The notes under the pieces are model-generated. The model was not told the origin of the DNA and did no database searches. It worked only from the letters and a program-made list of their open reading frames with translations. Position numbers and translations under genes: made by a program. DNA of 63,927 bases, filler included, from Hausera hauseri (Eukaryota), in the NCBI GenBank assembly GCA_046269625.1. It is 11 parts of 11 records of this genome, joined end to end, with 100 filler letters (N's around TTAATTAATTAA, not from the genome) between each part and the next. Parts side by side here need not be neighbours in the genome. Positions count along the whole stretch, not along the records: positions 7,252 to 12,219 come from JBJURY010375146.1; positions 12,320 to 16,454 come from JBJURY010739988.1; positions 16,555 to 20,684 come from JBJURY010742653.1; positions 20,785 to 25,004 come from JBJURY010693104.1; 7 more parts are not named here. One strand, 5' to 3'. Positions 11,458 through 22,569 of the stretch are shown here, piece after piece (the stretch's first letter is position 1; each line of letters begins with the position of its first letter).

Positions 11458-11685
11458 TCCACCCCGAAGGCGAAAATGGAGCATAAGGTGGATGACTGGA
11501 CGTTCGCGACACATGATAGACAAGAGTGAGTCGACGGAATGTACAGTGATACCTCGATGTGTGAAATAGAAATTGGCAGTGTCGAGTGACGAGAATAGAG
11601 AGGTGTATAATAGCTGCGCAGTGGATTTGATTGGAGCCTTAATGGTCGTTATGTGTTGATTGTTATTGAAGATAAGGAAGGAGAG
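11458..11685 (-). other. Ubiquitin-like domain ending RLRGG, fused to the Gag N-terminus (copy B)
   Basis: Manual translation FLIFNNNQHITTIKAPIKSTAQLLYTSLFSSLDTANFYFTHRGITVHSVDSLLSIMCRERPVIHLMLHFRLRGG (74 aa). Confidence 0.7.
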
Positions 11686-11796
11686 TTGTACCGAAGCAAT
11701 ACCAGGAGAATGGTAAAATGCAAAAGACGCTTGTGCGGTTTGCTTCCGTGTTAAAAGGAGATATGGACGTGCAGCCGGGATAACGGTGGCAAGTGA

Positions 11797-12171
11797 TTAT
11801 TTGAACGTATGAAACATACGAACACCAGTAATTGGTTGGATAGTGGTGCCCACAAGGCATCCCATTCTTTTGTTTCTAAATCTACTTGATCGTGTTTCAT
11901 GTCGGAAAAAGATGTGCGACAGCATAAATGTACAATGGCTTATCCAATCGTCAATCGTTTGACGTAATGCAGTAAATGCATTTTGGTGAATGTAGACTTG
12001 TTCAGTAATCGACTTGACGTGTATAACGAGAAAACCTCTACACCTATCAACGTGCAATAGCATTATCGCATTGCAAGATTGGTGTTTCATTATAATGTCT
12101 TTAAACAATTGTTTCTGTTTCAAAAATGTTGACGTGCGCATGGATGTGGTGAGGACGCTGATATTCTTCAC
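11797..12171 (-). pseudogene. Unknown cargo ORF, in frame with the Ubl domain across one TAA
   Basis: 12171 to 11458 is 238 codons; only one stop (11797-11799) separates it from the Ubl domain. Confidence 0.45.
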
Positions 12172-12343
12172 TGATTATTCGCAAAGTAACGAAAATTCAG
12201 ATAAAAACTACTATCATGANNNNNNNNNNNNNNNNNNNNNNNNNNNNNNNNNNNNNNNNNNNNTTAATTAATTAANNNNNNNNNNNNNNNNNNNNNNNNN
12301 NNNNNNNNNNNNNNNNNNNAAATCGCGTGACCAGCCACAGCTG

Positions 12344-14581
12344 ATGTCATCGCAAATTAGCATGCACACATATGCGCCACGTACAATAGGTCCCATTTTT
12401 ACATCGTTATTATTGGTTATGTGGTCACCATGTGATACACACACAACTTTGCGTAAGTATTTAAACAATGATTGTTCTCATTCAGCCCCTTTTCGCAATT
12501 CAATTCAATTCCGTGTAAAACAATTCAAAATCAGTACAATTCAAAAACGAACTTATCAATTCAGTCAAGACCATCTCAAGATAAAACTAATGGATACAAG
12601 ATCAACAAATACAATGCATCATCAAAGCATCTCGTCCACAAACTTTCCGCTGTTTCACGCAGATATCCTGCCAATCGATCAATTATTAGCCCAATACGCT
12701 GCAAAAAACTCTTCATTCACCAAAACAATGTCCAGGACATTCTACAATCACATAAGAAGAGAGACATTAATCTACCCAGAATTGTTGTTCCCGCTTGTAA
12801 CAAAAATTCCAAATCATTTAAAGTATGGGCCTACTGTGAACCGGCATGCAAAAATAGTCACTGTAACCGAATCTAAACAAAGGAATATAGAGGAATTCAT
12901 CACTGAATGTCCATCAATAGAAGGCTTAATCATTCATATGGCACGAGGAACAGCCGTTTTGAAAACCAAGAAAAATACCCAATATACATTATCCAACATC
13001 TCCACGATATTTGAAGAAGAATCACTGGCAATAAATACACCTATGAGTGTAGACTTGATTCAATTCCGGCCAAATCGGATTCCCATGATAATTATGCTGG
13101 AATGGTTCTTACCGGAGAGGCATTTGGCCTTACCTAGACCTATGGTTCTAGTCCAGACTCCGCCAGAATTTATTATGAACGCTCATCTGAACTATTTACA
13201 AACCAGTCAATCAGGCACAATACGAATTTTGAATGTATCGTTTGGATTTTCAGTAGACAATAACCCATTACCGTTAGAGGTAACAGTATCAAATATCAAA
13301 GGCAAAACTTTATATCACTCGTTAGTTGTGAATCGAATCAGAATACACAATTGCAATACTGGACGACACGGTATTGACTTCCAGGCATTGCAGTCTCATG
13401 GTCTCGATATTTATGAGGTATCAAAAGAAGTTATTCACTGGCTGTTTGGATCAATCGTGATAGGACTCGATATCCACCGAACATTGCAGATGTTCGATGT
13501 ACCTTCGAATTACTTAGCCGGAGCAATTGACCTACTAAAACACCCCGAGGTTACAGGAGTAACGTTTCACACAATAGATATCACAAATGTAGCCCGAGAA
13601 CTCAAGTTACCAAAGTTCAAAAACGGACAAATGTATGAACAGAATACAAAGGGAAAATTAGAACTAGTAATGGATATTCTTCAGAGGATCAAAGATATTA
13701 AACAAGAGCCGCATTGGACACCTGATAATATTATGGAAAATATAATTGATGTGGGAGAGTTGTTTTATTGTCGCGAAAAATATTTACAAGGATTTGCTTG
13801 GATTCACAAAATTGAAGTTGAGATAACTAATACAAAGGATCAGAAAGTGGGTGTTAATAAAGAAGATTTTATTGAGGAAGATCTAGACTTAGCCACACCA
13901 GATAACATCGAATTACAAGATGTTGAAAGTGAGAGTTCAGAAGACATAATCGATAACATGGACATTCAGCAGATATTGGCTCCGCAAACGTTAGAAAATG
14001 AAAGCGAATTTGGACGTTGGAATTACCCTGCTAAAACAGACAATAAGGAAATCCAAACTCAGTTATCCGTTACAGACAAATTGGCCCTCCAGATCGAGCA
14101 TACTTTAACTAACAAAGAAGAAATAAAATTCAATTTTGGAATTGTCATTAAGAAGAAATACCTGAACCTACCCGTGCCTATACATAATGTTGAAAGACCG
14201 TATTACCTAAAAGATACGGTTACATCAAGAAAAGTATTCAAATGGAATACGGAAAACAATCTACTCATTGGTATGATTTATCAAAAGCCGGACAATCATT
14301 ATTTCATAATACCGTATCGATCAACATTAACAGTGCTTAATTTATCCGTTAACTACGGAGTTACACTCAGCACTAAATTACGGATTCGAATGGACAATGC
14401 GATGACGTCAGACGCAATCACAGAAACTTTTTTCAATGGTCACCTCAAATATTTACTTTTGATGAAGAATAAGCAGCCGACATTGATACCAATTGAGCGT
14501 CCACGACCAGGATCCAATCCAGATAAAGAAGACTATATCAACACTCGCATTAACTATGAAAACGTCGATTTGGATATGTAA
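12344..14581 (+). CDS. 745-aa protein with a degenerate DEDDh (REX4/ISG20-like) exonuclease domain; likely a 3' accessory ORF of an LTR element; may be 5'-incomplete
   Basis: EVTVSNIKGKTLYHSLV...NTGRHGI...EVSKEVIHWLFGSIVIGLDIHRTL matches the REX4-type pattern; ExoI D-x-E is replaced by N-V-S; followed by PPT and LTR. Confidence 0.6.
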   Translation: MSSQISMHTYAPRTIGPIFTSLLLVMWSPCDTHTTLRKYLNNDCSHSAPFRNSIQFRVKQFKISTIQKRTYQFSQDHLKIKLMDTRSTNTMHHQSISSTNFPLFHADILPIDQLLAQYAAKNSSFTKTMSRTFYNHIRRETLIYPELLFPLVTKIPNHLKYGPTVNRHAKIVTVTESKQRNIEEFITECPSIEGLIIHMARGTAVLKTKKNTQYTLSNISTIFEEESLAINTPMSVDLIQFRPNRIPMIIMLEWFLPERHLALPRPMVLVQTPPEFIMNAHLNYLQTSQSGTIRILNVSFGFSVDNNPLPLEVTVSNIKGKTLYHSLVVNRIRIHNCNTGRHGIDFQALQSHGLDIYEVSKEVIHWLFGSIVIGLDIHRTLQMFDVPSNYLAGAIDLLKHPEVTGVTFHTIDITNVARELKLPKFKNGQMYEQNTKGKLELVMDILQRIKDIKQEPHWTPDNIMENIIDVGELFYCREKYLQGFAWIHKIEVEITNTKDQKVGVNKEDFIEEDLDLATPDNIELQDVESESSEDIIDNMDIQQILAPQTLENESEFGRWNYPAKTDNKEIQTQLSVTDKLALQIEHTLTNKEEIKFNFGIVIKKKYLNLPVPIHNVERPYYLKDTVTSRKVFKWNTENNLLIGMIYQKPDNHYFIIPYRSTLTVLNLSVNYGVTLSTKLRIRMDNAMTSDAITETFFNGHLKYLLLMKNKQPTLIPIERPRPGSNPDKEDYINTRINYENVDLDM

Positions 14582-14950
14582 ACTCGTTAGAAAATCAGAT
14601 CAGTTCCCTTACTCACTCGATTAGAAAAAACCAGACCAGTTTTGTTATTCAATCCTTACAGTTCAGTTTGAAACCCTTTACCGTTGATGAAATTAGTAAC
14701 TTCCAGATACAGATATTGACATTGCTATTGACGGTTGATAATGACGTTGATATGAACTACTGACCGAAATATTGATTTTTCACTTGTATATTTTGTATTT
14801 TAATTTTTTTTCTTGCATGTGTTTAATCAGCGAGTATATGGACAATTTCATCACTGATATCTTGACACTTCATGCCTTTCATGTTTGTATATACAACTCC
14901 ATCTTATGTATTCATTGTTTTCTCCTTTTTGTTCGCGTGTGTATTTTTAT

Positions 14951-15532
14951 GGGTAGGGGAATGTTGTAGAAGCGATAAACATTATTTCAGACTAATGTCT
15001 GCAAATTGATATTAGTCAGTATGTAAAAATAGTCTCTCGGACTTACTGTGGAAAAATTCTGTGACCCAATTTGGTCACTAAAAATAGTTTTAATACAGTA
15101 TAAATGCAGGATTGAAATTGAAAAAGGACACACAAGAAAACATTTAGTTTACAAATGAATATTTGAGATTTTTTAGCATTTGAATTAAAGATTTTTTGAT
15201 TTAATTTGAGAAGTAGTTACTCACCTATTGTGACATTATTTCATTTGTATTTTCAAAGTGAGTTTATTACAATTTGTTTACCTATTTGGTATTGTTGAAT
15301 TTTCACTTTGTAGTTGTTTATTTGTGGTATTTTAATACATTTTGTTCACGAATTCATTTATTTTTCTAAGTAAAAGTCTGAACCTGGAATTACAGATATT
15401 CCAAGGTAACTAAACAATTTCCTATTCTCATCGCAAACAATCACTAAACTTTGACACAAAATTAAACTATTTATCAGTTTATGAAATTTAGAAATCCATT
15501 TAAATCTTTACAAAATAGAATTTCTTTCTACA
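14951..15532 (+). repeat. Polypurine tract plus putative LTR (about 568 bp)
   Basis: GGGTAGGGGAA at 14951-14961; inverted termini TGTAGAA (14965) and TTCTACA (15532); TATAAAT at 15099; followed by TTTGGGTAACAGAAG, weakly PBS-like. Confidence 0.55.
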
Positions 15533-16554
15533 TTTGGGTAACAGAAGAACGCTTAGAATTATTTTTGCTAGGAAAAGAATACGACGCGAACAAGCTCATC
15601 AAGAGGAATTAAGTAAACAAGAATTAGAATAAAAGTTAAACCCTCAGAAATAAATTTTGATTTGCAATTTGATTTTTGGTTAAATTGCAAACAACAATAT
15701 ATGCATTAGAATTTACAAGTTACCAAATATGGTGTACATAAAATACGCACTAATACACAATTCATTACATATAAACGCGTAAATTTCAAGTTAATTTGGT
15801 TGCCAAGGTAAAGATACTATAAACGGGCCCCTAGCATTATACGAACTTATTTGCCAAACTATGTAGAAAACTTACCGAAAATGGATTTAAACCTTTTATA
15901 TTTGAAATATGCCATTATTCTTCGATTATACAAAAACGTTTTGTAACATAATACCTCAAGTGATACAGTATACATATAAATATTTCTTTTATGCTGTTGC
16001 AGATTAATTCCCCAAAGATTCTTATCTGCGAAAACTAAAAAAAATCGGTCTTCCATACGGGTCCAATGGATCCAATTGCAATATTCATTGGAATATTTTC
16101 TATTGAAAATGTACACCGAAATGTTTACGATTTCCTGATTTTTCTACAAAAGACTAATCTTTTTATGTTGTTAGTTACATTAAATTTATTTTTATCTTGA
16201 AAAGTCAATTTATTTATCCCATGGGTCCAATGGACCGAACGGTAAGTAATGAATATATTTTTTTAGTAGACGGAAGGTTAATTTAGTTAGAAAATTTTCA
16301 ATTTATTTATTGAATATAATATATTAGTTTTATGAACACGATTGAAGATATAAGTTATTTATATATAAATCTACTAAAATTGCACTAGAGACAAATATTT
16401 TTTAGCTTAATGGGTTATATATCACTTAAAGCATGACAAATGCAAATAGGGCAANNNNNNNNNNNNNNNNNNNNNNNNNNNNNNNNNNNNNNNNNNNNTT
16501 AATTAATTAANNNNNNNNNNNNNNNNNNNNNNNNNNNNNNNNNNNNNNNNNNNN

Positions 16555-16873
16555 AAAGACCCTATTCAACTAGGAAAGGTGCAAGAGAACTTAGACACCT
16601 ATATACGTAATGTGTGCGCGCGCTGCGATATAGTGGTGACCAGACCTGTCAGAGATGTTATGTCCCATTGCTGCGGACAGTTCCAATTTTGGACAAGTGG
16701 TTTCAGTCTTCAGGATTTACGACAAACCTCACTATTTACCTTTGAACAGGTTTTCATTCGATACGGTAGAAGTACTTTTAACAGACGAGCAAGGAAATGG
16801 TATTTCATTTATGAACGGCACATCGGTATTGACGTTACATTTTCGAGCCAAGAGACATTTCGATTTTCCATGA
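16555..16873 (+). pseudogene. Minor capsid (penton) protein, C-terminal part, copy 1
   Basis: VFRIYDKPHYLPLNRFSFDTVEVLLTDEQGNGISFMNGTSVLTLHFR is a typical Polinton penton C-terminus. Confidence 0.8.
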
Positions 16874-16904
16874 AAGAATGGTGAGACAATCAAGTTTATG
16901 AACA

Positions 16905-17669
16905 ATGAGTTTCTTCGTGACGCTACTTAGCATTGCCTCACTGAAGACGTTTACCGACAATACACACGGACAGTTTTACGTAAAACTACTGCAAAACATA
17001 GACCTAACTTCCGATTACGAAATGGGTTTGGTGGAAATTGAATTTCCAACCAGCAATTTCAACGTTTTAGAAAACGAAGTTTGGCTTCGTTACGAAAAAC
17101 CCCTAGAGCCAACAAAACGACCCATTCAAATCATATTGCCTCCTGTACAATTCACCAAACGCTTTTGTGGACTAGTTGAATCGTTTGATCGGTGTAGCAG
17201 CTAAGGATGTTGAATCCCCACCAATTCGAGTCCACTATCACTGGGGCAAGAAAACTATCGTGCTGGAATGGTACGAAAAGGATGCTGCAGTTTTTATTAG
17301 CGATAAATTAAGAAGCATGGGTGTTTTCAGAGACCCCGAAGTCATAGACAACAAGTCACTACTGCTAATAGGCGAGTCACCGTTGAATCTCGACAGTGAC
17401 CTATGAAACGTGTACGTGTACTCTGATCTCGTAGCCACGAGAGTCGTTGTAGATGTCTTGGTCCCGCTGTTGCGAACTGTGCCTATTTTGGATAAATCAT
17501 TGTCTTCTGTGTTTAGAATTTATGACAAGCTGCATTACTTACCGTTGAGTCGTATTTGATACTGTGGAAATACTTTTAACAGATGAACAGGAAAAATGAT
17601 CCCATTTATGAACGGAACATCAGTGGTGACGTTACATTTTAGGACAAAGAGACAAGTCGATTTCCAGTA
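16905..17669 (+). pseudogene. Minor capsid (penton) protein, copy 2, frameshifted
   Basis: MSFFVTLLS...FTDNTHGQFYVKLLQNIDLTSDYEMGLVEI N-terminus; VYVYSDLV...PLLRTV...YDKLHYLPL...GTSVVTLHFR C-terminus. Confidence 0.85.
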
Positions 17670-17672
17670 AAG

Positions 17673-18149
17673 ATGGTCAGATATACCCCTTTGCGTCGAA
17701 ACGCCGAGGCATACGAAGACTTTTACCTCAGGGAAGCCGGAGATGGGATTCCCGTCTTTGTCGGTAGTAGACATCAAAGAGGAAGAGGGATTGGAAGTTT
17801 CTTTAGCAGCCTAGGACGAATGGTGCTCCCATGGCTAAAGACTGGAGGCGAAGCCCTGCTCAAGGAAGGTATGAGTACAGGCTTGCAAGTCGCAAAGGAC
17901 GCTTTAGCCGGTAGAAATGTCGGTGAATCCTTTAGAGATCGTGCAAAAGAAGCTGGTCAGAGACTGTTGCAAGGTGCTGTGAACCACGTGGCAGGCAACC
18001 AATCGGGTAGTGGTATCCGGCGTAAAAGAAAAGCCGCCCCACCAGGCGAACCCTTTAGCAAAAGAATAAAACCGACGGTCGCTTCGACTATTTCTCATAA
18101 CGACTCCAAGAAAAAGCGAGTAAAGAAGTATTCAGATATCTTTGATTAA
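17673..18149 (+). CDS. Polinton core / membrane-active protein (adenovirus pVI-like, probable protease substrate)
   Basis: QRGRGIGSFFSSLGR amphipathic segment and QSGSG motif, basic C-terminus, located between penton and major capsid. Confidence 0.7.
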   Translation: MVRYTPLRRNAEAYEDFYLREAGDGIPVFVGSRHQRGRGIGSFFSSLGRMVLPWLKTGGEALLKEGMSTGLQVAKDALAGRNVGESFRDRAKEAGQRLLQGAVNHVAGNQSGSGIRRKRKAAPPGEPFSKRIKPTVASTISHNDSKKKRVKKYSDIFD

Positions 18150-18151
18150 CA

Positions 18152-19452
18152 ATGTCTCTTATTCATCCCGGCTCGTGCGAATGTCTTCATTCCGGATTGG
18201 ATTTGTTTAGCGTTCCGCCAACACAAACGGCTGTAGAGGAAGGACAGTTTGTAGAAATTCACCCTCTCGCTTCTCTCGCCCCTGGGGCGCCCATCGAATT
18301 TGTAATATCCGGAAACGGCGAAGAGTAAATAGATTTGTTTAATACTTTTTTACACATGAGAGCCTAAGTCGTTTTAGCCTATGGCAACAACATACCAGAA
18401 GACGCGGTTGTGGCCCCAGTCAACAATTACCTGCACAGTTTATTTGCTCAAGTGGACGTAGCCCTGAATGATACGTTGGTCACGCCTAGTGAAAATACGT
18501 ATCCTTGCAGATCTTACCTGGAATCGACCTTAAATTATGGCCAGGAAGCCAAAAAGGGTCACCTGACGGCCGCTCTATACTACAACGACAGTTCAAAATT
18601 TTTCGAGGATGCACAAGGTGAATTTAAATTTGGAATAAAAATGTGCCGCGAGTTGGCTGGAGGTAGTCGAGAAATGGATATGATCGGAAAGTTGCACTCT
18701 GACATTTTCGAACAAGACCGATACTTGCTGAATGGCATAGATGTAAAAATAAAGCTCACCCCGGCCAAGGACGCGTTCAACTTTATAGCCGACGATCCAG
18801 CGGAAGATTACAAGACAATTATAACGTCAGCTGTCCTGGTAGTCAGGAAAGCCAAGTTAAATCCAGCCATCTCTCTGGCCCAAGAAAAGGCCTTGACTAC
18901 AGCGAACGGAAAGTACCCCATCAAACGAGTCGTAATAAAGACCTTGTCCGTCGCAAGTGGAATATTGTCGCACATTCAAGATAACCTTTTCCTCAGTCAA
19001 ACGCTGACGCGGATCGTGGTCGGGTTAGTAAACGCCTCAGCTTTTAACGGTGCCTACAAAAATAACCCGTTCAACTTTCAACATTTTGACTTGACTTACT
19101 TGAACGTTACCATCAACGGGCGGACGGCCACGGGGAAGCCATTAAGGGTCGATTTTGACCGCGACCATTACATCCGAGCTTTCTTTGGCACCAATCTAGC
19201 CATGGGTCTCATTGGTAAGGATGCATGCTGCGATGTCGACTACAAGACGGTTATGCCCTTTACGCTTTTGATCTAAGTCCCAGCCTTTTGGACGGTGACC
19301 AGTCTGAACTCGCGAAAAACGGGCCTCTTTCATTAGTGTTTAAATTTTCCACCGCGACACCGCATCCGTTGCAAGTGGTGGTGTACGCCGATCAAAACTC
19401 TAAAATTGAAATTTCCAAGACTCGTCATGTGTTACTAGACTTTGTGGCTTAA
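18152..19452 (+). pseudogene. Double jelly-roll major capsid protein (Polinton PY/hexon-like), with stops and a frameshift
   Basis: MSLIHPGSCECLHSGLDLFSVPPTQTAVE N-terminus; PVNNYLHSLFAQVDV; LLNGIDVKIKL; AFNGAYKNNPFNFQHF; GYALYAFDLSP. Confidence 0.9.
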
Positions 19453-19455
19453 AAG

Positions 19456-19890
19456 ATGGATACTAGAGAGCTATACGCGATTCTAAAATCTGACATTTTC
19501 GTCTGCCGACATCTTGTCAAAGTCTTACCTTGCAATGTGTTACCAAAGCTTATCGACCAGACTAAATCAGCAGTCTTCGTCGTAAATACAAATACCAGCG
19601 AGCGTCATGGCACGCATTGGAGGGCTTTGTACTACGACGGTGTTGGCACTTTTCATTACTTTGATTCGTTTTGGTTTCCACTGCTGTACGCAGACATGGC
19701 GGCCTTTATTAAACGTAACACGCACATACCTGTCATCTATAAACCGCGCCCAATACGAGATGTGCTTAGTAACACGTGTGGGCTCTACGTCATTTATTTT
19801 GTCCTGATTAAATGTTGAGGTGGATCAATGCGCCGCATCATCATGCCTTTTACATCTACGCGCCAGTACTCCAATGATAGGCTCGTTTGG
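19456..19890 (+). pseudogene. Adenain-like cysteine protease, premature stop at 19816
   Basis: VVNT...GTHW...YFDSF...SNTCGLY catalytic H/D/C motifs; the oxyanion-hole Q appears as R. Confidence 0.85.
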
Positions 19891-20017
19891 TAACTACTTC
19901 GACCTTGGCTAATCAAATTTGTTCTTCTAAATAACTATGATGTCATAAAAACCGGCGTAAACCGGTTATACTAGTAAATAAGTGAGTCACACGCCTGGGT
20001 GTCTTTATGTTTCAAAA

Positions 20018-20512
20018 ATGTTTACACGAATTGACAACAACGTTTACATAATTGGTGATGCAGTGCTCGCAAGACTGATAGGTTCAGCGAAATTGGTTAC
20101 TGTTTGCCCTTAAAGAAACAGAGTGCTGATACGCGTTAGAAGATATTTTGGCGAAAGTGACAAAAAGTATCTGACGAAAACTGGCATCTCACTTACGTAC
20201 GAAGAATTTGAACAACTCGTCACCTTACAAATTGATGTTTTATCTGCCGTCAAATACCTAACGACAGATCCAAAGGATATTCCAGAACGAGAACCATTTA
20301 CCGATGCGGCCACAGAAACTGAGCCTCTACAGACTATTAAGGCTTTGGATGACCGTTCCAGAGAAACCTACCCATTACAGAACTTTGAGGACTCTACACA
20401 AAGTCCATCAAACCCTTACTTTCAGAACTTTGTTTCGTCATTTGATCGCTCTGCTCAAAACACGTCTGATGAAAAGTTACCAAGCCAAGCCGAATCCGAG
20501 CCCTACAATTGA
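20018..20512 (+). pseudogene. PC4/Sub1-like ssDNA-binding protein
   Basis: LIRVRRYFGESDKKYLTKTGISLTYEEFEQL matches the PC4 pattern IR.Y......P..KGISLT.E.W..L. Confidence 0.6.
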
Positions 20513-20784
20513 GAGCACGTCAAAAAAGAACAACGAAAACAACGGAAACCAGTACCAAGTCCAATATTACTACAGATTCGAACGTCGAAACGGCAACCTC
20601 CTCCACTGTTCAGTACATACCTTTGATCAACTTTCGAAAAAGACCAAGCAAAAGACTAAAATTAGAACGTTTTTCTCCTATGTANNNNNNNNNNNNNNNN
20701 NNNNNNNNNNNNNNNNNNNNNNNNNNNNTTAATTAATTAANNNNNNNNNNNNNNNNNNNNNNNNNNNNNNNNNNNNNNNNNNNN

Positions 20785-22550
20785 ACATGAGTCCCAATCC
20801 GTTCCGCAGATTTCCAGTTGATTATCAAATCACAGATTTACGATCTTTAATTTATGATATCACCACCATTTTCGGTATTAATCATGATCCTTCTGCAATT
20901 AGACGATCAGACATATTACTAGACCTCGAACAATGTAAACAAGGATTTGAAGACTGTCAGAAAATACGTGATAGAGGTCAAGGAGAAATTAATTAAAATT
21001 GAAACGTTACAAACTGCATTGTTAGATTATAAAAGCAATACCTATGTCAGACTCAGTGGACAAGATGTTGAACGAGGAACGTTTTTTCATAGACACTGTG
21101 TACTGCTTCATCAGAATTGTGATTTTCCTCTACATGTTCCCCTTCACAAGCTCTATTCGGGACAAGCTGACTTCTTTGTTAGTTTTTTGTCTCAGCGAAT
21201 ATACTGCATTGTGTTTTGAACTCGGGTTTAGTCAAATCGATCCGAATACCTTTGTTTGGAAGCTCAATTTGAAGTTTTTTCAAACAATACTTAAAGTGTA
21301 ATCGAACACTTCATTGCATCAGGACAGTCGAAATGGCCAATCAGGGTTATCCTGCTTTGTTTTCACGGCGTTGCATGTCAGAAATCACAAGGACCATCTA
21401 CGGTTTTTACAGACCCTCATCTGCTATGTCCGTTGGAGAAACTGGTGCACGCGGGAGTAAAATTAATTGTGTATGAATTTGTCGGCGATTCTTATTCTCA
21501 TGTATCTTTGACGAATAACTTTTCTTTCTTCCCGTTGCTATTTTTTATCTGATTCCCAGCCTCCGTGCGTACATGTCTTGTCATACTTCCATTTCGCACA
21601 CCTCAAACTTCTATGCCCCCGCTGTACCCTCGTTTACAGCTTTAAATCTTCTACGACGTTATTTCCACCAATTTTCTGCCTTTGGATTAAAATTTGCTAT
21701 AAATTTGATAATAAGTTGAGCAAGACATGGAGCCAGTTTATTCTCCTTTCATTATTACCTCCCTTGATGATATCATTTGGGGATTTATCGAGATTCATTT
21801 ACCCGATGATTCTCTACAGTACTTTTCATCCCTGTTTCAACTCGAAATTCAATCTATTTATCAGCCAACCCCGCCACATTCCATACTTTCGGAATATCTT
21901 GCTGGAACCATCAATTACTCACAGAGCATTTTGATTCTTTTACATAACCGAATACACGTGGAACTGATAATGAAAGTTATGGATACTTCCGCTGTTACAT
22001 TGTTTTTGATTTTGTCCAATATATGTGGCGACTTGACGGGAATATACTTATTACCACATCCCATGTTTCTTGTTTCATATGTTAGTAACGGAGTAAGGAT
22101 ACGTGTATGGTTTCGCAGTACGCACAACAATGTTGTTGAGATTCTGGTATTTTTTGGTGATTTGGATTGGTATTCACCATCATTCTTTAGAATTTGGCGT
22201 TCTTTTGTACGTGTTCTCATACAGTCAGGTTCATATCGAAATTCTACTACGAAGGGAATGTCCACACTTTACCGAAAATTTTGTCAACGACATCTACTGC
22301 ATATTTAAAGTCTTTTATTCTTTCAACAATGCCACTGATTGACAAAGTTTCTACTGATACTATCCCGTTTATAGCTTTTCCTCGTGGCTTTATGTTAGTA
22401 CAATCGAAACAAAAAATATCTCTGGCTGGATCCACCGAAGGGGATCCGATCATCCCGGATATTTAGGTACATCACAGCGTGAGCAACTATCCAGCTGTAT
22501 GGACTATGTCAATGGATCCTACGCGACGACCCTTTACCTTTCCGTACCAC
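20785..22550 (+). other. Unidentified fragmented ORFs upstream of Ubl-Gag copy E (cargo position)
   Basis: Several short ORFs (e.g. 21044-21301, 21727-22308); no family recognised. Confidence 0.25.
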
Positions 22551-22569
22551 ACACTAGGGCTTGTGACAC

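Larger units (their letters stand above)
16555..20684 (+). mobile_element. Decayed Polinton/Maverick (adintovirus-like) morphogenesis cassette
   Basis: Minor capsid x2, basic core protein, major capsid, adenain protease and PC4-like ORF, all co-oriented. Confidence 0.9.

Noticed and set aside
16059-16281. Repeated GGGTCCAATGGA motif and terminal GGTTAA resembling a piggyBac-like end
   Set aside because: No matching opposite end or transposase in the contig; too little to call
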